Origin: an uncultured delta proteobacterium
GTDB taxonomy: Bacteria > Desulfobacterota > Desulfomonilia > UBA1062
NCBI GenBank assembly: GCA_963752595.1
Contig: CAVVYZ010000026.1
Span: forward strand, 1-55,713
Direction: 5' to 3'
Length of the DNA: 55,713 bases
The notes beneath the pieces are model-generated. The model was not told where the DNA came from. It did no database searches and saw nothing but the letters and a program-made list of their open reading frames with translations. Made by a program: the position numbers and the translations under genes. Of the stretch, positions 20,079-31,154 are shown one piece after another (the first letter of the stretch is position 1; each line of letters starts with the position of its first letter).

Positions 20079-20327
20079 ATGAGACGAATGACAACAAGCG
20101 AACTGAGAAAGGATATTTCAGAAGCTGTAAACAGGGTGGCATATACCGGGGATCGCATCGCCCTTCAGCGTAGCGGCAAAGATGTCGCCGTGATCGTCTC
20201 AGTTGAAGACTACGAACTTCTCAGTGAGATCGAGAACAGGTTGGACTTGGATGCAGTGCGGAAATCAGTTGCCGAGGGTGGCGAGAACATATCCTGGGAA
20301 GACTTAAAGAAAGAACTCGACTTGTAA
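20079..20327 (+). CDS. Phd/YefM family antitoxin
   Basis: MTTSELRKDISEAVNRV...IALQRSGKDVAVIVSVEDY; RBS AGGAG. Confidence 0.88.
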   Translation: MRRMTTSELRKDISEAVNRVAYTGDRIALQRSGKDVAVIVSVEDYELLSEIENRLDLDAVRKSVAEGGENISWEDLKKELDL

Positions 20328-20588
20328 ATGTCTTATCTTGTCATTTTCAATAATCATGCTGCCAGGTCATTCCGTAAGTTGCCGAGGGATATCCAGCAGC
20401 GGTTAAAACCGGTAATAAACGATTTGCAGGAAGATCCCCGTCCTATGGGTGCAGAAAAGATAAAAGGAAAAGATGATATTTATAGGATACGTGTTGGAGA
20501 CTACCGTATCCTCTATGAGGTTAGAGACAAGGAACTTATCATTTGCATCATCGAGGCGGGCCATAGAAGGGAAGTTTATAGGCGGTAA
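20328..20588 (+). CDS. RelE/StbE family toxin
   Basis: 86 aa; DPRPMG, YRIRVGDYRILY, GHRREVYR. Confidence 0.92.
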   Translation: MSYLVIFNNHAARSFRKLPRDIQQRLKPVINDLQEDPRPMGAEKIKGKDDIYRIRVGDYRILYEVRDKELIICIIEAGHRREVYRR

Positions 20589-21130
20589 TCAAAAAGATCA
20601 TCTAGAAATGGATAGAATTCCTTTGAATATCCTAGGGTTTATGGTGCCCCAGCTTCTATAGGGTTATTACAGAAACATATAGTCTGGTATGAGCCTCATA
20701 CTTTCATTGTTACATGATACTATTTTCGGTTTTACTATATCCCCTCCTATGAAAATATATTCATCACTGATAATGCTCAAAACCTGCCCTTCATCCATTT
20801 ATACTCTTTGGGGCATCACGCACCTTGTAAATACCAAATAAATATATAGCATTGAATATCATAAAATGTTAATATACCTTTTATCAGCTAATTCATCTTG
20901 GGTATGAAGGACTGACATACTTGAATGCAAATGATGTTTAAAGAGGAGTCCTAACCGATGCTCATCTTCACCCACCATAGACACAGTCTGCCTTGGGGTG
21001 CGATACCATTACATGCTTCAGTCATCGTTTAGGGAACCTTGTGGAAGGAGTAATGAGATATTTACTACCTCTTATATGTCCACGAAGGTGAAGAAAAATC
21101 AACTAATGGAAATATGCAGGATGAGATATC

Positions 21131-21351
21131 ATGACGAGAGATATTAACTTGGCTAAAGCTGCACTCCTGAACCAGTCAAGCCGGGATTGGTGGCAGGGAA
21201 TATACAAGGGAACGGTCTACCGGCAGTCGCGAGGGGAGATTGTCCATGGTGATGCTCTCCATTTCATGGAGTCATTGCGTGATTCATGTGCTGACATCGT
21301 TTTTTTAGATCCCCCATTTAATCTCGGAAAGCGATATGGGAAGAATGGAAG
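21131..21351 (+). pseudogene. N-terminal fragment of an N6-adenine/N4-cytosine DNA methyltransferase, cut by IS3
   Basis: IVHGDAL...ADIVFLDPPFNLGK; the reading frame runs into the IS terminal repeat at 21352. Confidence 0.8.
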
Positions 21352-21416
21352 TCAGAAGTGGCTCCGGTTGTTGAGACAGGGGATGGCGTTTTATAAGTGG
21401 AGCCTTGCCGATCCCA

Positions 21417-22247
21417 TTACGCCGCATCGGGTAGATACTCCCGACAACCAAAATAAACCTCATCCGGTGTTGATCCGTCAAGCGTCGAGTGTGGCCTGAA
21501 GTGATTGTAGAAAGTCAGATAGCGCTCCAAGCCTCTTCTGGCTTCACTGACGCTGTCATAGGCATGCAGATAGACCTCCTCGTACTTGATGCTTCTCCAG
21601 AGCCTCTCCACGAACACATTGTCACGCCAGCAGCCTCTGCCGTCCATGCTGATGGCAATACCCTTTTCCTTCAAAAGCTCAGTGAACTCCATGCTGGTAA
21701 ACTGGCTGCCCTGGTCGGTGTTGAAGATCTCGGGCGTGCCGTAGAGGCCAAGGGCTTCTTGAACCGCCTCGATGCAGAAATCCGTGCCCAGGGTGTTCGA
21801 CAGCCGCCAGGAGAGCACCCTTCGTGTTGCCCAGTCCATCACCACGAAGAGATAGACAAATCCCCGCTTCATCGGGATGTAGGTGATGTCTGCCGCCCAG
21901 ACATGATTCGGACGCTCGATCTTCAGGTTTTTAAGCAGATAGGGATAGACCGGATGTGCCGGATGACGCCTGCTGGTATTGGGCTTCCGATACAGGGCAT
22001 TGATGCCCATCTTCCTCATCAGGGTCCTGGTATGACGGCGTCCAATCGAATGACCTTCACGCCTGAGCATGTCCCTAAGCATCCGGGATCCGGCAAAGGG
22101 ATACTCAAGATGAAGCTTATCTATCCGATGCATCAGCTCAAGATCAGACGGCACTACCGGCCGTGGCCGGTAGTATATGCTCGAACGTGTCAGCTTCAAA
22201 ATACGGCACTGCTTCGCTACCGGCAATTCATGGCTGCGGTCGATCAT
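21417..22247 (-). CDS. IS3 transposase OrfB (DDE)
   Basis: WAADITY, FNTDQGSQF, DNVFVERLWRSIKYE, YN..RPHS. Confidence 0.95.
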   Translation of the reverse strand: MIDRSHELPVAKQCRILKLTRSSIYYRPRPVVPSDLELMHRIDKLHLEYPFAGSRMLRDMLRREGHSIGRRHTRTLMRKMGINALYRKPNTSRRHPAHPVYPYLLKNLKIERPNHVWAADITYIPMKRGFVYLFVVMDWATRRVLSWRLSNTLGTDFCIEAVQEALGLYGTPEIFNTDQGSQFTSMEFTELLKEKGIAISMDGRGCWRDNVFVERLWRSIKYEEVYLHAYDSVSEARRGLERYLTFYNHFRPHSTLDGSTPDEVYFGCREYLPDAA

Positions 22248-22540
22248 TTTCTTGCGCTCAGCCTTCCCGCTTTGGTGAGCGCTTTTTCTAAAAAATCGTT
22301 CTCCAAAGTCAGCTCGCCGATCTTGGCATGCAGCTCCTTTAGGTCCGGCTCCTTGCCTTTCCTGGGTCCTTCAAAGACTGTGGATGCGCCATCAAGCATC
22401 TGCTGCTTCCAGTCCGATATCTGGTTGGGGTGCACATCGAACTGCTCAGCTAACTCCACGAGCGTCTTGTCTCCCCTGATTGCTGCTAATGCCACTTTCG
22501 CCTTGAAACTTGCTGAGTGGTTCCGTCTTGTCCTCTTCAT
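22244..22540 (-). CDS. IS3 transposase OrfA (HTH)
   Basis: RRNHSASFKAKVAL, LAEQFDVHPNQISDWK, KIGELTLENDFL. Confidence 0.93.
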   Translation of the reverse strand: MKRTRRNHSASFKAKVALAAIRGDKTLVELAEQFDVHPNQISDWKQQMLDGASTVFEGPRKGKEPDLKELHAKIGELTLENDFLEKALTKAGRLSARK

Positions 22541-22632
22541 GCTCTTGCTCCTTTCTTCGACCGTATTTCATCGGCCGCTTTTGAGCAAGACTCCACTTAT
22601 CGCCCTGTCCGAATTTCCGGTACCACTTCTCA

Positions 22633-22770
22633 GTTTCTTATAGATATAGAAGTTTGCTGATATTCTAATCGCGTTCAGATCTCCATAATCTTCCTTGAGT
22701 AGGGCACATGCCTCTCCGGGTCTCATTAGATGCAAGTATAGCCACATAAATATTGGCCTATGTTCGGGTC
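22633..22770 (-). pseudogene. Tyrosine recombinase/integrase remnant
   Basis: PEHRPIFMWLYLHLMRPGEACALLKEDY resembles integrase box I (R..E...L...D); abuts the IS3 end. Confidence 0.5.
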
Positions 22771-22934
22771 CCCGGCAAAGCCTACGAACCGGTGCCGCCT
22801 CCCCTCGGGATCGACGCCGTTGATGCTCCCGCTCTTTGCCCCGAGAGAGACCTTTCAGCACGCGGTCCCGCTGGTAGTTGTAGATGGCATTTGCGACCGT
22901 TCCCGACTCCTGCCGTCGGCTCGACGATTCAGAC

Positions 22935-24658
22935 TCAGCCGGGGCCGATACGCGGATCAGTGCCCAGCTCCTCCAGCATGGCGGGATCGTGGTTGTAGAG
23001 GTCTTTCCTGAAAAAGGGCACTCCCTTTTTGTCGACCACCACGGTCAATACATCACCAGTATGGGAACCGGCTTCGGCAGGTCGAGCCTCCAGGTCAGGC
23101 CGTTGCCGGCCGCCCTCTTGAGTTTTCCGGGAGTCCACCCGCAAAAGTCAGGGAACAGCAACGCGGCCAGTTCAAAAGGCCTCTCGACCCGGATGCACCC
23201 CGAGCTGAACGTCCGCTCTTCCCGGTCGAACAGGAACTTGCTGGGGGTGTCGTGCAGATAGACCCGATGCGTGTTGGGAAACATGATCTTGATGCGGCCA
23301 AGGGGATTGTCCGAGCCGGGGTTCTGCACGAGCCGGTAGGGGAAGGGCTGTTCGGGGTACAACGACCACTTCACCTCTTTCGGAGGTGTGACAAAGCCCA
23401 GACCTTCACTGTCGATGATCACGATGTTGTGCCTTTTCAGGTAGCTCGGGTCCTTCTTCACTGCCGGCAGAACGTCTTCGTCGCGCACGGTGGGCGGTAT
23501 CGTCCAGGTGGGGTTGAACTCTATGTAGGTGATCTCGGACTTAAGCACCGGCGTGTCGCGATACGGCTGACCCACCTGCGCCCTGCCGGACCACACGATC
23601 CTGCCGTTCTCATGGACATAGACATTGAAGCCCACGATGTCCACCAGGACGAAGAGGTCGCCCAGGTTTCTCATCACCCACCTGCACCGTTCCAGGTTTA
23701 TCCGGATCTGGTCGATGCGATCCTCAACCGGGACATTCATCGCCGCCAGGGTCTCTCTGCCCGCGCCACCGTCCTGTCTGAGGCTGTGCCGGGCCTGGAA
23801 GTGGCGCACCGCCCGGGTCAGCCCATCGTCGAAGAGCGGGCTGCCCAACGGCAGGCCGAGCTTGGGGTATTCGGCTGCCAGGCGCCGGCGCAGCGCCTGC
23901 ACGCCTGAGCCTGAATCACCCATTCCCAGGGGCTTGACTTCGGGCATCCTCTTCCAGCCGCCTTTTGCACGGATGGCCCGGTAGATGGCCAGGGCCTGCT
24001 TCAGTCTTTCATAATACACGTAATGCACCTTCCAGGAGTCCACGACCGGGGCGATGGAGGGGAACGCAAGCGCCTTCTCGAAATAGTCCACAAGGTCTTC
24101 GCTTCCCGTGGTATCCTCGATTTTCCATTGGGGATGATGGGTGGCGGGGTCCTCCCTGCCGAACATGGTGTTGCTTGCGAGCCGTATGAAGGCATCCGTG
24201 AGGAGCATGTCCAGGAACGCGGCCCGGGTCGGGTCGGAGGTCTGGCCGACAGGGTTTTTCTCGAGCAATTCAAGGATCTCATCCAGGTTATAATCCAAAG
24301 GGTTGAGGCCCTCGTCATACGATTCCCGTATGGCGGCGACGAACTGGTCAACTGCTTCAGGCGAGGTCCAGAAGGGACGGTACTCACGGCGCTCATAGAG
24401 CCTCGGCAGGACAGGCCATGATGAATACCGGCATGCGTCCACGCTGGGGGCGATCGCCTGTTCTATACCTTCCAGGCTCTGCCGGAGCATCTCCGCAACC
24501 GGGTCATCCTGGGTCTGCAGCATCTCTGAAACTGGGGCATTCTCGGTCTGGATATCTGGAACCGGGGACATCCTCGGCCTGCAGCATCCCCACCGGAAGG
24601 AGCAGAACGCAGAAGAGCAGAAACACAAGTTGTCTCCAACGGAATGTGCAAGGTTCAT
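22935..24658 (-). CDS. L,D-transpeptidase (YcbB/LdtD-like) with peptidoglycan-binding domain; frameshift near 23050
   Basis: AVRHFQARH, NLERCRW, NPTWTIP, NPLGRIK, VYLHDTP, SSGCIRV; C-terminus continues in ORF 22935..23144. Confidence 0.9.
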
Positions 24659-24662
24659 GCTC

Positions 24663-25278
24663 CTACCAGTAGCGCACGCGCCCGATATCCACATGCACGA
24701 AGCCGAGGTCGGGATAGTAGCCCACGCCTCCGCCCTGCAATCCTACTGCCGCCTTGTGCAAGGTCTTGAGGCTGCATCCCGGCAGGCGGAAATCCACGGC
24801 TTTCCCCTCCATGTGAAGGCTTTTGCCGGCTACGCCGTCGTCGTTTTTCCTGAGGAGGGCATTCGTTTCCGATGACCGGTACCCGGAGACGACATGGAGA
24901 ATGTCCCGGGATCCCACGAGGTCATGAAGGGAGTGGAGAAGATCGAGCAGGCCGGTGTCGATGGGTTTGACATCCCCGGTGCGGAAGTCCCGGAGGATTT
25001 GGTTGATGTCGGTAAGCGCTTCCCGGACATACAGGCCCTCGGACCAGTACACGGTCCTGAGCCTCTCGCCGGTGTGGAGATTGTAAAAAGACAGAGACTT
25101 TTCGTAAGGAAGCATCGGGCATAGAGATCCCCATGAGTGCCTGCGGGCACAGGCAACCGCCCAGAGCCAGCATACCGCTTCTGAGAAAATCACGACGGGT
25201 CAGGGTCCCTGCTGACCGTTTCCTCTTCGGTTCGCTCCTCACGATCGTTTCCACCAACCTAAAAATACTTGACAACAC
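24663..25278 (-). CDS. YcbK/MepK (DUF882, peptidase M15) with Tat signal; frameshifted
   Basis: TRRDFL Tat motif; YNLHTGE, SGYRS, SLHMEGKAVD, GGVGYY..FVHVDIG; adjacent to the ycbB-like gene. Confidence 0.88.
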
Positions 25279-25670
25279 ATGGTGTTGTCAACCCTTGGCT
25301 GATTCTTGGACCCTGAAGTCAGGCGAAGGAATCTGAACGGCCCAATTTCAACATTGAGCGAATGGGGACATGGATAACAAATATCTTAAGATACCTATAC
25401 TTTTATCACCTTATGTCAAAAGATTAGATATTCGGAGACCTCGACAGGCTATTAGAATAGAACAGCAGAACGATCTATAGATCTCCAGGGTTTTGAAGCA
25501 TCCAACGTTGTACAACCTGAAAAATAATAACGTAGCTACTCAAAGTATCTTGTAAGATCAAACCTTAACTTATACAATTCAGGGCATTGCCGCACCTATA
25601 CGATATATCAGATTCCCCTTTCCCCATTTCTGCTTGAATGATAGTTCTGTCATATGAAAGGAAGGCATCG

Positions 25671-26265
25671 ATGTTTATTTCATTAATCCTGGCTCATCCC
25701 GACAAGTCGAGCTTCAATCATGCGATTGCCCGCACTGCCGTCGACGAGCTTCAGAAAAAAGGGCATTATGTTTACTTTCATGATCTGTACGAGGAAGGGT
25801 TCGACCCGGTCCTTCAGGGAGGAGAAATTGTCAAGGGTGCGAAACTTCCTTCGCTCGTGGAGAACCATTGCAGGGAGATAGCCAGGGCTAAAGGCATTAT
25901 TATCGTTCATCCGAACTGGTGGGGTCAGCCGCCTGCGATTCTGAAAGGATGGGTAGACCGCGTCATCCGTCCGGGAGGTGGCGTATGAGTTTCTGGAAGG
26001 CGATTCCGGGGAGGGCATCCCGAGAGGACTCCTCAGCGCTGACACAGCCCTGGTTTTCAACACGTCCAACACGCCCGCACTCCGGGAAATGAAGGCCTTC
26101 GGGGACCCTCTGGAGACCTTGTGGAAAAGGTGCATATTCGGTCTCTGCGGGGTCAGGACATTCTCCCGCAGGATGTTCGGGGTTATGGCCACAAGCACAC
26201 CGGAGCAGAGGAACATTTGGCTCCAGGAGGTCAGGGAAAAGGTTACCGTGCATTTTCCGGGGTGA
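25671..26265 (+). CDS. NAD(P)H dehydrogenase (flavodoxin-2 family), one frameshift near 25975
   Basis: LAHPDKSSFN, DLYEEGFDP, HPNWWGQPPAILKGWVDRV. Confidence 0.88.
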
Positions 26266-26396
26266 TGCGCTCCTGCAACTGCCGGCTTTGAAACCCTCAC
26301 GAATGTTTCCCTGCCGCCTTCATCCCGCTTGAAAGAGAACACAAAGTTTTGCATTCCCCCTCAGCGGGATGAAGATCTTGAGGGAAAATAAACTCG

Positions 26397-26819
26397 TTAC
26401 TTCCTGACTTCCAATCCTACCCTTGCTGCGTAGAACCCGAAGTAGGCACCGAGGATCGCTGTCCCTGCATGGAGGAGAATGTCCGCTCCAAAGAGGGGAA
26501 TGAGGCCGAATGTCGTACTGAAGACTGGAATCAGCCCCATTACGGTCAGGACCCCGAACAGGATCGCTACCGTCTTTGAGTATACGATCGAAGTGACATA
26601 GCCCCTATAAGCGACGATACCCCAAATCCCGACAGCGAGGTGGACCAGGTTGTGGAGTATGTTCACCGGAAATATGCCGAGTAGCCTCCCGGAAAACAGA
26701 TCGACTGCGAGTGTCCCCGAAATGGGCTGCGTATCCGTTATCAGCGGCGGAAAGAACCCCAGCACGCCGATTATTGTATAGAATATGCCCAGCACGAGGG
26801 CAAAATATCGAGTATTCAC
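26397..26819 (-). CDS. DUF4383-like small membrane protein
   Basis: GTG start with GGAGG RBS; LLGIFPVNILHNLVHL; four TM segments. Confidence 0.75.
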   Translation of the reverse strand: MNTRYFALVLGIFYTIIGVLGFFPPLITDTQPISGTLAVDLFSGRLLGIFPVNILHNLVHLAVGIWGIVAYRGYVTSIVYSKTVAILFGVLTVMGLIPVFSTTFGLIPLFGADILLHAGTAILGAYFGFYAARVGLEVRK

Positions 26820-27106
26820 CGCGTCCTCCTTTCGGTTCAGGAGAGAGATTGTCTTTTCTATTTTTTCCCGTTTGAAGAACTTCCCGGGTATTTTTAATAC
26901 TCCTTGAACCGTATTATACATACAATAGATATCCCTGTTCCGACTATCAAGGGACGGCAGATAAATCATATCATTGCTGCCCCCAATGGCTCGGAGCCCA
27001 AGGCCTGCCGGGCATCGCCCGGTACGGATAAGCGGGGGAATTCATTCTGCAGACCTAAGCATCATTCCCATTGCCCCGGTCGGCAAAGAGCGGTAATGTC
27101 AAAGGT

Positions 27107-28345
27107 GTGACCAGTGCAATCGTTGGGGTATTTCTCATTGTGTATCTCGGCATGCTGCTCGGCAGGCTCCCCCGTCTCCAGCTCGACCGTACCGGCGTGG
27201 CCCTGCTCGGCTCCATCATCCTCATAGCCATCGGGGCCATGAACCTGGAGGCGGCTGCGCGCGCCATCGACATATCCACCATAACGCTGCTCTTCGCCTT
27301 CATGGTGATATCCGCCCAGCTCAGGCTCGGAGGGTTTTACACCCGCACCGCAGAGGCAGTCACGGGTATTGATATGTCTCCGCCCAGGCTCCTGTTTGCA
27401 GTCATCTTCCTCACCGGAGTCCTGTCGGCGGTGTTCATGAACGATATCGTGTGCCTCGCGATCCCGCCTGTGCTCATCCATGCGTGCAGGTCCCGCAGGC
27501 TCGATCCCGTGCCGTTTCTCCTGGCTGTGGCCTGCGCCGCCAACGTGGGGTCTGCGGCAACCCTGATCGGCAACCCCCAGAATATCCTCATCGGCCAGAG
27601 CCTCAAGCTTTCCTTTTCCGGTTATATTCTCATTGCAGGCGTCCCTTCCCTGCTCGGCCTTCTCGTCACCTGGGCCGTGATCGCCTACCGGTACAGGGGA
27701 AACTGGCATGATGGAGATAAAGGCTGGGAGCCCCGTTCTGAAGATCTCACTTCGTGGAACTCCTGGCAGTCCACCAAGGCCCTTCTCATCACCGGCATCC
27801 TCTTCGTCGCCTTTCTCGCCACCCCGCTCCCCAGGGACATCCTGGCACTCGGTGCAGCCGGAGTCCTGCTCATGAGCAGGAAGATGCACTCGCGGCATAT
27901 GCTGGGGCTCGTGGACTGGCAGCTCCTCGTGCTCTTCTGCGGGCTCTTCATCGTAAACCATGCGTTAACGCAAACCGGCGTGCCGAATAAAGTCGTTGCA
28001 GAGCTCATCAAGGCCGGGGTCGACCCTGCTCATCCGGCATGGCTCTTTACCATCACGGCCCTGCTGAGCAATCTGGTGTCCAATGTCCCTGCCGCCATGC
28101 TCCTGCTGCCCATCGCCCATCATCCCCTGGCCGGGCCGATCCTGGCAATGAGCAGCACGCTCGCCGGAAATCTTCTCATCATCGGCAGCATTGCCAATAT
28201 CATCGTGGTTGAGTCCGCTGCGCAGCACGGCATCCGCATCGGCTGGAAAATCCATGCACCTGTAGGCATTGCGGTAACGCTGCTGACCCTCGGGATAGCC
28301 GCCTGTTCTTTATGGCTCTGGACCAATGCCTCCGGGCTGTTCTAA
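27107..28345 (+). CDS. Anion permease, ArsB/NhaD/CitMHS family
   Basis: LDRTGVALLG, SAVFMND, ANVGSAATLIGNPQN, SNLVSNVPA, STLAGNL..GSIANIIV. Confidence 0.9.
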   Translation: MTSAIVGVFLIVYLGMLLGRLPRLQLDRTGVALLGSIILIAIGAMNLEAAARAIDISTITLLFAFMVISAQLRLGGFYTRTAEAVTGIDMSPPRLLFAVIFLTGVLSAVFMNDIVCLAIPPVLIHACRSRRLDPVPFLLAVACAANVGSAATLIGNPQNILIGQSLKLSFSGYILIAGVPSLLGLLVTWAVIAYRYRGNWHDGDKGWEPRSEDLTSWNSWQSTKALLITGILFVAFLATPLPRDILALGAAGVLLMSRKMHSRHMLGLVDWQLLVLFCGLFIVNHALTQTGVPNKVVAELIKAGVDPAHPAWLFTITALLSNLVSNVPAAMLLLPIAHHPLAGPILAMSSTLAGNLLIIGSIANIIVVESAAQHGIRIGWKIHAPVGIAVTLLTLGIAACSLWLWTNASGLF

Positions 28346-28472
28346 CACGATGCTTTACCAGGACATGCCCATCGGAAGGGCACGTCCTCTTGACACGGAG
28401 TTGCGATAGGGCGAGAATGTCAAATTATTAACTGCATGCGGATGGGGCGGAATCTTTTACTTTTCAGAATGA

Positions 28473-29700
28473 ATGCATCAACGCACCCAAACCGGCATCG
28501 AACCCGGAAGCATGACAAGCGGAGGGATACATACGATGCATACAATTCCTGATACGATAACTGTCCATCCGGAGCAGCGGGAGCTGGCAAGGGTATTCAG
28601 TTCCGTGTGGCTCTACGGCCCGCCCATGGGCAATGAGCTCCTTGCACTTGTTGCCCATCTGTTCAGCCCGGAAGAGGCAGGAGTTGCCAGGCATCTCTCC
28701 TATTACATCCCGGTATCGGTTGAAACGGTCGCACGGAGGGCCAAGGAGCCTGCAGGAAAGGTAAGGATTCTCCTCAATGCCATGGCAGACAAGCGGGTCA
28801 TCTTCAGGTCGAAAAACAGCGATATGCCATACTGCCGCTCATCCCGGGCATGTTCGAATACCTCCTCATGAGCGGCAGGATTCGCCCTGGCACCGGAAGT
28901 ACGGCAGGCTCATCAACGCCCTGTATGCAACCGGCTATACCCGCCGCTACAGCACGACGCCTTCACCCGTGATCCGTAATATCCCGGTGCAGAGGCCGTC
29001 GAGACAAGAACATGATGGTGGATGCCGATCTCATGGCCAGGATGATCGAAGCCCACGAGCACCTGGCTGTGCTGAATGTCTGCCAGTGCCGCCAGTCCCG
29101 TGCCTTTGAAGGCCATATCCTGCAGACGTTCCGATCCCGATGACGGGTGCCTGGTGTTCGGGACTTTGGCGGAATCGGCGAGTCGAACAGGGCAGCGGGC
29201 GTTTCGTTGAGCAGGGAGGAGATGCGGTAGGATCGTGAGGAGCGCTGGGAGAAGAACCTCGTGTTCATGACGGCGAATCTCGATCCCTCCGAGCTCCAAT
29301 GCCATCTGCACCTGCTGCGACTGCTGCTGCCACTACATCGAATCCATCAACCGTTTCAACGGCCGCGTTTCCCTTGCCGAGCCCCATTACCTCGCACATA
29401 TGGATGAAGAGTTCTGCACGAACTGCGGAAAGTGCGCCCGGGTCTGTAATACCCATGCGCATACCATGGCGGAAAGAGAGCATGCATATCGTGCCGCACA
29501 ATGCATCGGCTGCGGTCAGTGTGTTGCCGTCTGCCCGCAGGGCATTATTTCGCTGCAGGCAAACCCCGGATATAAAGCGCCATCAAAATCATGGCTCGCC
29601 TTCGGGCTCAGGGTGCTGCCTTCGGGCATGCCTCTTCTCTGAAGGCCCTCTTCTGGAAGGGATAGTCCTCGTGGTTGCGGGAGGATACAGAGGGTCGTGA
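28473..29700 (+). CDS. 4Fe-4S dicluster domain protein, many indels, boundaries approximate
   Basis: CQCR, ICTCCDCCC, CTNCGKCARVC and CIGCGQCVAVCP across several frames. Confidence 0.75.
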
Positions 29701-30260
29701 TCCGCGGGGGGAGCATCGCGGCTGGATACGGCGTGAAACAGGGATATGCGGATATCCTGCAGAGGTACTGCACATCGAAAGGCATCGAGCTTATAAACCG
29801 CTCGCGGTTCCGGGACAACTCATTTGACGGCATATGGTCGTTTTCCGAGGATATCGAGCCCTATGCGCCCCAGCTTCTCATGGTGCATTTCGGCGTCGAT
29901 GATGCATTCTTTCCGGTGTACCGCTCGGAGTTCAAGGAAAACCTCGTACGCATGGTGCAGCGTGCCCGGGAGCTCTTTCCCTTGGATATCTGCCTTCTCA
30001 CCTCGCAGACTTTTGACGATCCCAATGAAATGGATGCGGTCAACATCTTTTACCGCGTCATCCGGGAAGTGGCGGTGGACCTCACATGTGTCATGATCCC
30101 CATCCACACGTACTGGGCAGGGCATCTTTCCGATACGGGGACGGCCAATGCCGACCTCGTCCAGAAGGATGCCCGCTACCCGAACGGTGAAGGCCACAAG
30201 GTCTTTGCCGAAGCAATTATCCGCCGTCTCGAACACATCCTGCCCAAGGCCGGTTCATGA
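29697..30260 (+). CDS. SGNH/GDSL hydrolase-like protein
   Basis: GGSIAAGYG, HFGVDDA, D..YPNGEGH (variant blocks). Confidence 0.75.
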   Translation: MIRGGSIAAGYGVKQGYADILQRYCTSKGIELINRSRFRDNSFDGIWSFSEDIEPYAPQLLMVHFGVDDAFFPVYRSEFKENLVRMVQRARELFPLDICLLTSQTFDDPNEMDAVNIFYRVIREVAVDLTCVMIPIHTYWAGHLSDTGTANADLVQKDARYPNGEGHKVFAEAIIRRLEHILPKAGS

Positions 30261-30461
30261 GCGACGGAGTATAGTATATCGGGCCATTCATCTTTCATGG
30301 CTTTATCACAGGCGATCCTGTCAAAGATAAACTGATTGATTTCGGTAGGTTCTGTGACAACTTTTGTATGTCAGGCGTTTTATTGAGAAAAAATCTTGAA
30401 AACAAGCCGACCTTCCTATATGTATCCGTACGATTATTATAAAATGCATAGGACGGATGCA

Positions 30462-31151
30462 ATGAGGAATTATCTTTATAAACTTATAATCGATGATGTA
30501 ACGGACATTTGCTATAAAAACTGCCTGGAGTATTTTCCCGCGGATTCGACGGATACTCGACGTGGGCATCGGCAACGGGATCATGATGCACCGGTATCAC
30601 GACGTGATCAAATCAAAAGGGCTGAAGATCACGGGCATCGATATCAACAAGAACTACTTGAGACACTGCAGCAGCCTTATCAGGCGATTGAATCTGGGGG
30701 ACCATATTGAAATCCAGCACACCCCGGTGGAGTCTTACTCACCGCCTGCCGACGGGTATTTCGATTACATCCTCTTCAGTATGAGCTTCATGCTTTTCGA
30801 GGACCAGCAGCTCGTGCTCGACCTCATCAAACCATGGCTCAAACCCCATGGAGAGGTGATGTTCTTCCAGACCATGTTCAAAGATAAATCGTTCCTGCTC
30901 GATGCTCATCAAGCCCAAGCCTGAAATACTTCACCACCATCGATTTCGGCAGGGTAACCTACGAGAAGGATTTTGCCGATCTCCTGGACAGGAAGGACAT
31001 CTCCATCACCGAGGACAGGATGCTCAAACGGGAGTGGTTCAAGGGTGAATACCACCTGATCATTTCCACCCCGAAGAACGGAAACGGAAAAGCTCCTTCG
31101 GCGCCTAAAACGGCCTTTGCTTTCTCCCTGCCGGAATGTCGGTCCGGTTGA
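30462..31151 (+). CDS. Class I SAM-dependent methyltransferase, two indels
   Basis: ILDVGIGNG, ITGIDIN, FDYILFSMSF, WLKPHG; C-terminus KYFTTIDFG continues in another frame. Confidence 0.8.
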
Positions 31152-31154
31152 TGC

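Larger units (their letters stand above)
21352..22632 (-). mobile_element. IS3-family insertion sequence (about 1281 bp)
   Basis: Imperfect terminal IRs TCAGAAGTGGCTCCGG...GACAG and TGAGAAGTGGTACCGG...GACAG (reverse complement); orfA + orfB; no target duplication visible. Confidence 0.92.

Noticed and set aside
21489-22643. 384-aa plus-strand ORF
   Set aside because: Antisense shadow of the IS3 transposase genes
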